A stretch of DNA of 33,522 nt from the NCBI GenBank assembly GCA_964229335.1, contig CAXRCZ010000012.1:1-33522 (forward strand), written 5' to 3'. Made by a program: the position numbers and the translations under genes. The stretch's first letter is position 1. Every line of letters begins with the position of its first letter. The notes below the pieces were generated by a model, which was given only the letters and a program-made list of their open reading frames with translations, searched no databases and was not told where the DNA came from. Below are positions 27,005 to 33,522 of this stretch, piece by piece. The DNA comes from Minisyncoccia bacterium. GTDB lineage: Bacteria > Patescibacteriota > Minisyncoccia > Phycocordibacterales > UBA918.

Positions 27005-28387
27005 ATGAAAAAAGATATTGATAATAAAATGGAAAAGATAGTATCGCTCTGCAAAAGGCGTGGTTTTGTGTTTCAGGGTAGTGAAATTTATGGAGGACTG
27101 AAGGGTACCTGGGACCTTGGTCCGCTTGGAGTAGAACTCAACAACAACCTCAAGCGTGAGTGGTGGAAAATGTTTGTGACTGACCGAGAAGATATGTATG
27201 GTCTTGACGCAGCTATTTTGATGAACGAAAAAGTCTGGGAAGCGTCGGGCCACACGGGAGCTGGCTTTTCAGACCCAATCGTTGAAGATTTGAAGACCAA
27301 TGAGCGGTATCGAGCCGATCATTTACTTCAGGAGGCGGGAGTCGAAGCCGAAGGGATGAGTGTCGAGGCCATCAACCAAGCGATAAAGACCAATAGTATT
27401 AAAAGCCCAAATGGAAATGATCTGTCAGAAGCTCGACAATTTAACTTAATGTTTGAAACTCAGGCGGGAGCTGAGGGTGACACGAAGTCATACCTCCGAC
27501 CAGAGACTGCGCAGGGAATCTTTGTAAACTTCAAAAATGTCGTGGACTCAATGAGTCCTAAAATGCCGTTTGGTATCGCGCAGATAGGCAAAGCCTTCCG
27601 CAATGAAATCGCGCCACGTGAGTGGTTGTTTCGAGTGCGGGAATTCGAACAAATGGAAATCGAATACTTCGTCAAAGAAGAAGAGTGGGAAGCAGAGTTT
27701 GAAAAATTAAGGGTAGCAATGCACAACTGGTGCGAACATATTGGTCTTACACCTGAAAATATTGAAGAGTTAGAGGTGCCAGAAAATGACTTAGCCCACT
27801 ACAGTAAGCGTACGATTGATTTTGAGTTTAAATTCCCAGGCAAAGGACTAGATGAGTTGTATGGATTGGCCTATCGAACCAATCACGATCTAAAAAATCA
27901 TATGGAAGCTAGCGGAGTATCTATGGAGTACATCGAACCTGATGGGAGCAGATTTGTACCACATGTGATAGAACCAACGTTTGGTCTCGGCCGTACCATC
28001 GTCGCGGTTTTGTCTGAAGCCTATACAGAAGAAGAGAGTGGGGAAGAAACGAGAGTCTACCTCAAGCTACCAACCCACCTCGCACCATACCGCGTCGCAG
28101 TTTCGCCATTGCTTAAAAACAAGCCGCAGCTCGTAGAGAAAGCTCGAGAAGTATTTACGATGCTTAAAAAAGAGTTTGGCAATGTTGCTTGGGATGATAA
28201 CGGCAACATCGGTAAGCGTTACCGTCGCCAAGACGAAATTGGTACTCCGTACTGTGTGGTCATAGACTTCGATACTTTGGGGGAAGAAGCTCCTGAACAC
28301 AAAGACACCGTCACTGTGCGCCATCGTGATACCGGTGAGCAAGAAAGAGTTCACGTGAGTGAGTTAGCTGACTACCTAAAGAAGTAA
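27005..28387 (+). CDS. glyQS: Glycine--tRNA ligase (alpha2 type)
   Basis: KRRGFVF, LRPETAQGIF, FRNEI, IGKRYRRQDEIGTP. Confidence 0.97.
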   Translation: MKKDIDNKMEKIVSLCKRRGFVFQGSEIYGGLKGTWDLGPLGVELNNNLKREWWKMFVTDREDMYGLDAAILMNEKVWEASGHTGAGFSDPIVEDLKTNERYRADHLLQEAGVEAEGMSVEAINQAIKTNSIKSPNGNDLSEARQFNLMFETQAGAEGDTKSYLRPETAQGIFVNFKNVVDSMSPKMPFGIAQIGKAFRNEIAPREWLFRVREFEQMEIEYFVKEEEWEAEFEKLRVAMHNWCEHIGLTPENIEELEVPENDLAHYSKRTIDFEFKFPGKGLDELYGLAYRTNHDLKNHMEASGVSMEYIEPDGSRFVPHVIEPTFGLGRTIVAVLSEAYTEEESGEETRVYLKLPTHLAPYRVAVSPLLKNKPQLVEKAREVFTMLKKEFGNVAWDDNGNIGKRYRRQDEIGTPYCVVIDFDTLGEEAPEHKDTVTVRHRDTGEQERVHVSELADYLKK

Positions 28388-28389
28388 CC

Positions 28390-29817
28390 ATGTCAGAAAA
28401 ACGAGCTCAGTACATCACCACCACCTTGCCGTATGTAAACGCGGAGCCGCACGCTGGGTTTGCCCTGGAGGTAGTACAAGCTGATACGTTAGCTCGCTAT
28501 TATCGACTACTGGGCCATCCAGTATTCTTTAGTACCGGAACTGACGAGCATGGACAAAAGATTGCGCAAAAAGCTGAGTCGACTGGTCAAACAACCCAAG
28601 CGTATGTCGATCATTACGCTGAGACATTTACTCGATTGAAAGAATCACTTAATTTGTCGTACGACAATTTTATCCGCACTACCGACAGTAATCACATCGC
28701 AGCTGCTCAAGAAATGTGGCGCCGCTGTGCAAACAAGGGTGATATATATAAAAAGAAGTATACCGGCTTGTATTGCGTAGGGGATGAAATGTTTGTCAAA
28801 GAATCTGATTTAGTTAATGGCAGATGTCCCAACCACCCTGACACCGACCCAGTCGAAATCGAAGAAGAAAACTATTTTTTCAAACTATCGAAGTACCAAG
28901 ATAAACTCCTAGCGTATTTTGAAAATGAATCCAGTACAGTGCCAGACTGGCAACGGAAGTGGGCCATAGAATTTGTAAAAAATGGCTTAGAGGATTTAAG
29001 TATTTCACGACAAAAAGACCGCATGAGCTGGGGTGTGCCAGTGCCTGACGATGATTCACAAGTGATGTACGTATGGTTTGACGCCTTAACCAACTATATC
29101 TCCACTCTTGGTTGGCCGAAAGATGATGATACATTTAAGAAATTTTGGGTAGATGGAAAAACTACGCAATTTGCCGGAAAAGATCAGGTTCGATTTCAGT
29201 CAATTATCTGGCAAGCTATGTTGCTTTCGGCAGAAATTCCGCAGACGGACACTGTGTTTTACCACGGCTTTATAACAAGCGAGGGAAAGAAAATGAGTAA
29301 GAGTATTGGCAACGTAATTTCGCCGTCTGAAATGGTTAATCGCTACGGCACCGAGGCTACACGCTATATCTTATTGCGTCACGTACATCCATACGAAGAT
29401 ACTGACATTTCGTGGGAACGAATGGATGAGTGGTATACCGCCAACTTGGTCAATGGGCTGGGTAATTTGACAGCTCGGATTATGAAGATGGCTGAGACCC
29501 ATCTGGAGCCAGAAGATTTTCCGTTGCTTGACCCAGACACACTTGATTTGCCAGATATTATTGCGTTTCAACCTGCCATGGACCATATTTGGACCATGAT
29601 TCAGGGACTAGACGAGCGAATCACTACAACTGAGCCGTTTAAGCTTATCAAAACCAATCCAGACGAAGCCAAACTCATTATGGGAGAGCTACGCGCCGAG
29701 CTGCTACACATCGGTCGCTTGTTGTTGCCGAGCATGCCCGAAACCAGTAACACTATTCGAGCGGCGGTGCGAGCTAACCAGAAGCCAGATAATCTCTTTG
29801 CGCGACTCGATACATAG
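28390..29817 (+). CDS. metG: Methionine--tRNA ligase (no C-terminal tRNA-binding domain)
   Basis: YITTTLPYVN, GTDEHGQK, YVWFDAL, KMSKS. Confidence 0.96.
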   Translation: MSEKRAQYITTTLPYVNAEPHAGFALEVVQADTLARYYRLLGHPVFFSTGTDEHGQKIAQKAESTGQTTQAYVDHYAETFTRLKESLNLSYDNFIRTTDSNHIAAAQEMWRRCANKGDIYKKKYTGLYCVGDEMFVKESDLVNGRCPNHPDTDPVEIEEENYFFKLSKYQDKLLAYFENESSTVPDWQRKWAIEFVKNGLEDLSISRQKDRMSWGVPVPDDDSQVMYVWFDALTNYISTLGWPKDDDTFKKFWVDGKTTQFAGKDQVRFQSIIWQAMLLSAEIPQTDTVFYHGFITSEGKKMSKSIGNVISPSEMVNRYGTEATRYILLRHVHPYEDTDISWERMDEWYTANLVNGLGNLTARIMKMAETHLEPEDFPLLDPDTLDLPDIIAFQPAMDHIWTMIQGLDERITTTEPFKLIKTNPDEAKLIMGELRAELLHIGRLLLPSMPETSNTIRAAVRANQKPDNLFARLDT

Positions 29818-29852
29818 TACGTACTTAGGTACGTACCTAAGTACGTACTATG
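29813..29852. promoter_or_regulatory. Perfect 40-bp palindrome with three GTACGTAC octamers; putative operator
   Basis: CATAGTACGTACTTAGGTACGTACCTAAGTACGTACTATG abutting extended -10 TGGTATACT (29851-29859). Confidence 0.7.
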
Positions 29853-29865
29853 GTATACTCCGACT

Positions 29866-30042
29866 ATGAATAAGCATAATATTTCTAATACCCGAACCCA
29901 CAAACTGACCGTAGTTGGTGGCAAAAGTTACTCGTTAGTACTACCAGTTGAATTCGTGCGCCACTTAGGTTGGCGCGAGCGACAAAAATTAGATATCACA
30001 CTTCAAGACGATGCACTGATTATAAAAGACTGGAAGAAATAG
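29866..30042 (+). CDS. AbrB/MazE/SpoVT-family DNA-binding protein (58 aa, not in ORF track)
   Basis: MNKHNISNTRTHKLTVVGGKSYSLVLPVEFVRHLGWRERQKLDITLQDDALIIKDWKK fits the swapped-hairpin pattern; stop 1 nt before tatD. Confidence 0.85.
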   Translation: MNKHNISNTRTHKLTVVGGKSYSLVLPVEFVRHLGWRERQKLDITLQDDALIIKDWKK

Positions 30043-30043
30043 T

Positions 30044-30898
30044 ATGAATACTAAATATATAGACACCCATGCTCATTTAAATCTGAGCGCATTTGATAAC
30101 GACGTTTCATCAGTAATAGAGGAGTGTAAGAATGGCGGGGTGACTGTGTTCAATGTCGGGACCAAAGCCTCGACCAGTCAAAAGGCCGTCGAACTAGCTG
30201 AACAATACGATAATTGCTATGCCATTATCGGGCTGCACCCAATCCAGACCGTGCCGGGCTTTCATGACACCGCCGAAACCGGTGAGGGAAGTAAGCCATT
30301 TGCTAGTAAAGGAGAAGAATTTAACCCGACTGATTATCAAGAATTAGTACAACACCCAAAGGTAATCGGTATCGGTGAATGTGGGTTTGATTATTGGCAT
30401 TGTCCACCGGAAACCTACGAAACCCAAGAGCGTAACTTCATCAGTCAGACACAGTTTGCCAACGAGCATAATTTGCCGCTCATGATTCACACCCGCGGCC
30501 CAAAACCAGGGGAAGCTAGCCCTACTGGACGCAGTGTGTACCAGGATGTCTATGAGGTGCTAGATAAGTACGCCAAAGTGCCGTTCAATGTGCATTTTTA
30601 TGCCGGCACTGAAGAAGAAGCCAAGCAGTTTTTTGAGATAGGCGGGACTATTTCTTTTACCGGAGTCATTACCTTTGCCAGTGAGTACGAAACAGTAGTA
30701 CGCTCTGCGCCACTTAATCTTATTCATGCTGAAACCGATTGCCCGTATGTGGCGCCAGTGCCACATCGGGGGAAGCGAGCCGAACCGTGGATGGTCAAAG
30801 AAGTGTATAAAAAAATCGCCCTTATACGTGGCGAAGATGAGGAAACGGTGCGCCAACAACTTGTTCAGAACGCCAAGCGTTTCTATAACCTTGAATAA
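30044..30898 (+). CDS. tatD: TatD family nuclease
   Basis: IDTHAHL, GLHP, IGECGFDY, IHTR, ETDCPY. Confidence 0.95.
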   Translation: MNTKYIDTHAHLNLSAFDNDVSSVIEECKNGGVTVFNVGTKASTSQKAVELAEQYDNCYAIIGLHPIQTVPGFHDTAETGEGSKPFASKGEEFNPTDYQELVQHPKVIGIGECGFDYWHCPPETYETQERNFISQTQFANEHNLPLMIHTRGPKPGEASPTGRSVYQDVYEVLDKYAKVPFNVHFYAGTEEEAKQFFEIGGTISFTGVITFASEYETVVRSAPLNLIHAETDCPYVAPVPHRGKRAEPWMVKEVYKKIALIRGEDEETVRQQLVQNAKRFYNLE

Positions 30899-31049
30899 AG
30901 AAAACCCCCTGGCGACACGCATGAAGCGGTCACGCAGGGGGCGAGGTTCGATGTCCACCGCATTCTGTTTTGTTCAAGGAGGAACGGAAGCGTGCTTGGT
31001 AGAGCAATAGCTGGAATCGAGGGTTTGGCACAACTACATGGAGCATCTG
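30898..31049 (-). ncRNA. Small RNA, possibly a minimal 6S-like RNA
   Basis: TACAAT -10 at 31060-31055, 5'/3' closing stem, CCUUGAAC and UGCGGUGGACAUC segments, U-tailed terminator 30941-30898. Confidence 0.35.
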
Positions 31050-31084
31050 GCGAAATTGTAGCTTTTACTTCCTAGATGTCAATA

Positions 31085-32002
31085 CTAATCAAATATACTC
31101 ACTAAGTACTTGTCAATTTCGCGCTGCTCCCAGTCATAGAAGTGCGCACCACTGTCGTAAAGGTCGTCAGCCAATTCTTCGCCGACAAAGCGCCAGTGCC
31201 ATGGTTCATATTCATAATAGGCGTTGCCTTGTGGGTAAGAGAGAGTGAATCCATACTTGTGCGCATTGTCTTGTAGCCAGGCATAAGCTGGAGTGGAACC
31301 AAAACCATCTAAACCACCACCTAATCCATTGGTGGTGAAGTCTACTGCGGTACCTAGCTGGTGCTCAGAAAATCCTTGGTCGGCTGAAAAGGCATTGGCG
31401 CCAAATCCGTAGGTTACTAAGTAGCGACCCTTGAGCGCTGCTTGCTCTGAAAACGAACGGTAGGCCGATACTACCCACAAATTTATTCCATCGTCTTTGG
31501 CTGCCTGTACCATTCTTTCAAAAAACGGCTCAACTTTACTATGAAGAGGCAAACTCTTGCTCTCAGTGTATTTCCACTCATTATCAATTTGGCTCAAGCT
31601 TTCTGGTATGTAGTGTTCATTCAAAAAGTATACTTTTGAATATTTTTGTAACAGCTCCTTGTCTGTTTTGGATAGTTTGTCGAGAATACCGACTGTTTCA
31701 CCTAAGTCTTCGAGCTGATTCTCAAATTCTTCGTTCTTATCTTTTTCGTCATGATAATCATCAGTTAATTCTTCAAATTCTTCGCCCAATTCACCTAACC
31801 TACCTTCCAAAGCAGCAATGGTAGTGCTGGCCACTTCCAGTTCTCTATCTTTAGCCTCACTCAATTGTTCTAATTCTTGTTGATCTGCCAATAGGGCTTG
31901 ATTGGTAACATACTGCCACACCAACAACCCAGCCAATACCACAGCCACTACAGCAAAGACAATGAGTGAGGGTGAAAATTTACGCTGGGCAGCCGGTTCC
32001 AT
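31085..32002 (-). CDS. M15B (VanY-like) D,D-carboxypeptidase with TM and coiled coil
   Basis: SAYRS, SEHQLGTAVD, YEPWHWRFVG; ATG 32002 preferred (7 nt after TGCTACAAT). Confidence 0.9.
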   Translation of the reverse strand: MEPAAQRKFSPSLIVFAVVAVVLAGLLVWQYVTNQALLADQQELEQLSEAKDRELEVASTTIAALEGRLGELGEEFEELTDDYHDEKDKNEEFENQLEDLGETVGILDKLSKTDKELLQKYSKVYFLNEHYIPESLSQIDNEWKYTESKSLPLHSKVEPFFERMVQAAKDDGINLWVVSAYRSFSEQAALKGRYLVTYGFGANAFSADQGFSEHQLGTAVDFTTNGLGGGLDGFGSTPAYAWLQDNAHKYGFTLSYPQGNAYYEYEPWHWRFVGEELADDLYDSGAHFYDWEQREIDKYLVSIFD

Positions 32003-32119
32003 ATAGGTAATTGTAGCATGAGAAAAATATAGGCAATACAACGTTAAGAATCAAAAAAGTACTTGAATGCTTTTGTTCTCTGTGGTACTCTTCGCGCGTT
32101 ATTAGGTAAGTTCATACAC

Positions 32120-32650
32120 ATGAGCGATACAAAAATGCCAGCGGCTGAAGCTGAGTCAGTAGTGCCAGAAATGGCGAGCTACGAACTCGCTTTCCACGTA
32201 CTTCCAACAGTCGCTGAAGGGGAAGTAGCTAGCGTGGTTGATAGTATCAAATCACGCATTACCAAGGCTGGGGGAGAAATCACCAGCGAAGAAGCACCAG
32301 CTCGATTCGAGTTGGCGTACGAAATCGTTAAGTACCTTGAAGGCAAGAACCGCAAGTTCACGAGTGCCTACTTTGGTTGGATTCGTTTCACTATGAGTCC
32401 AGAAGAAGTTGAATCTTTGAATGAAGATATTGACGGTATTAAAGAACTACTTCGAACCATGCTTATCCGCCTCACGAAACTGGAAGAAGCTAATCCATTC
32501 TACTTCCACGAAGCATTGGCTTCTAAGCAAGTAGAGAATGTAGAAGAAATTGAAGAAGATGATGAGGATGAAGACGATTCTGAGGCATCGGACGCTGATA
32601 ATTCTACCGAGGGGGATGAATCTGACGATGATAGCGAAGAGACTGAATAA
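32120..32650 (+). CDS. rpsF: 30S ribosomal protein S6 with acidic tail
   Basis: YELAF...LAYEI...AYFGW; rpsF-ssb-rpsR order; ATG 32120. Confidence 0.9.
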   Translation: MSDTKMPAAEAESVVPEMASYELAFHVLPTVAEGEVASVVDSIKSRITKAGGEITSEEAPARFELAYEIVKYLEGKNRKFTSAYFGWIRFTMSPEEVESLNEDIDGIKELLRTMLIRLTKLEEANPFYFHEALASKQVENVEEIEEDDEDEDDSEASDADNSTEGDESDDDSEETE

Positions 32651-32690
32651 ACGGTATAATCACCATACTATTCAGTAATTCTCTAATGAT

Positions 32691-33131
32691 ATGTACATAA
32701 ACAAAGCAATGGTCTACGGGAATTTGACTCGAGACCCAGAGCTAAAAGCACTACCGAGCGGTATGCAAGTCTGCTCTTTCTCACTGGCTACCAACCGGGT
32801 CTACAACGACCGTGATGGTAAAAAGCAAGAATCAACCGATTATCACAACATTGTGGTATTTGGCCGCCAAGCAGAAAACTGCAGTAAATATCTCTTCAAA
32901 GGTAGTAGCGCCTACGTCGAAGGACGCCTACAGACTCGCAGCTGGGAAAAGGACGGACAAAAACAATACCGTACCGAAGTAGTAGCTGACCGAGTGCAAT
33001 TCGGTCCGAAAGGAGGTAGTAGCGACTCTTCAACTTCCGCTAAAAGCAATGCTACTGACAATGATGAAAAGCAACCGTCGGTGCCGGATTATCCAGAAGA
33101 GGAAATTAATCCAGAGGACATCCCTTTCTAA
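32691..33131 (+). CDS. ssb: Single-stranded DNA-binding protein
   Basis: NK..V.GNLTRDPE, VEGRLQTRSW, C-terminal DIPF. Confidence 0.98.
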   Translation: MYINKAMVYGNLTRDPELKALPSGMQVCSFSLATNRVYNDRDGKKQESTDYHNIVVFGRQAENCSKYLFKGSSAYVEGRLQTRSWEKDGQKQYRTEVVADRVQFGPKGGSSDSSTSAKSNATDNDEKQPSVPDYPEEEINPEDIPF

Positions 33132-33294
33132 CGATTGAATATAGTCAATCTGCAGCGTTGCGAGGCGGTAAAATAACTCTCGCTGGACCTATGTCCCACT
33201 CAAGTTATTTTCCTTTCGCGCCTTGCATCTCAACCATCTCAATCGCAAAAAAGAACTGAGAACTAAAAATATTGAAAAATTACTAAAAATAAAC

Positions 33295-33495
33295 ATGACT
33301 GAAACAACTCAAAAGTCCACACTCAATAATCATATTGACTATAAAAACATCACTCGGTTGCAAAACCATGTGAACCCACACGCTCGCATGATGAGCCGAC
33401 GTCGCACTCGTTTCTCTGCCAAGGGACAACGAAACTTCGCCCGCGCTATCAAACGAGCCCGGTTTATGGCTTTGATGCCATACATCAAGCACTAA
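33295..33495 (+). CDS. rpsR: 30S ribosomal protein S18 (no zinc cysteines)
   Basis: IDYKN, QR..ARAIKRARFMALMPY; ATG 33295. Confidence 0.95.
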   Translation: MTETTQKSTLNNHIDYKNITRLQNHVNPHARMMSRRRTRFSAKGQRNFARAIKRARFMALMPYIKH

Positions 33496-33501
33496 AAAGA
33501 A

Positions 33502-33521
33502 GCGGCTCCTATAGGAGCCGC
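33502..33521 (+). terminator. Hairpin after rpsR
   Basis: GCGGCTCCT-AT-AGGAGCCGC at the window edge. Confidence 0.55.
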
Positions 33522-33522
33522 G

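Noticed and set aside
28441-28470. HAGF in place of HIGH in MetRS
   Set aside because: Within plausible variation of the class I signature; all other motifs are intact.
29813-29852. GTACGTAC repeats as a CRISPR array
   Set aside because: 8-nt units with 4-nt gaps, no spacers and no cas genes.
30560-31010. ORFs 30560-30958 (-) and 30726-31010 (+)
   Set aside because: Largely overlap tatD and the terminator; no recognisable product.

Overview
A mostly housekeeping bacterial window with a gene set and style typical of Patescibacteria/CPR (Parcubacteria-like; an inference). Supporting signs are few Shine-Dalgarno sites, many leaderless promoters and rplK without rplA. Left end: a large serine recombinase whose 3' end runs antisense into tRNA-His. 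Upstream lies an inverted, internally deleted miniature copy of the same gene (a 10-nt piece, three 19-nt pieces and a perfect 138-bp arm, all collinear) that ends in an alternative C-terminus. Next come DUF4383, YibE/F and mscL genes, a class I RNR (ATP-cone-fused beta subunit; alpha subunit without C-terminal cysteines), matrixin and SIMPL genes, and secE-nusG-rplK followed by orphan cassettes. A folate/thymidylate cluster follows: CofE-like ligase, folA, CYTH, atypical dcd, atypical thyA and glyA. The right half holds argS, ileS with an inserted histidine-phosphatase domain, recO, glyQS, metG, an unannotated AbrB-type regulator with a GTACGTAC operator-like palindrome, tatD, a possible 6S-like RNA, a VanY-type peptidase and rpsF-ssb-rpsR. 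All calls were made by eye from motifs; no searches were run.
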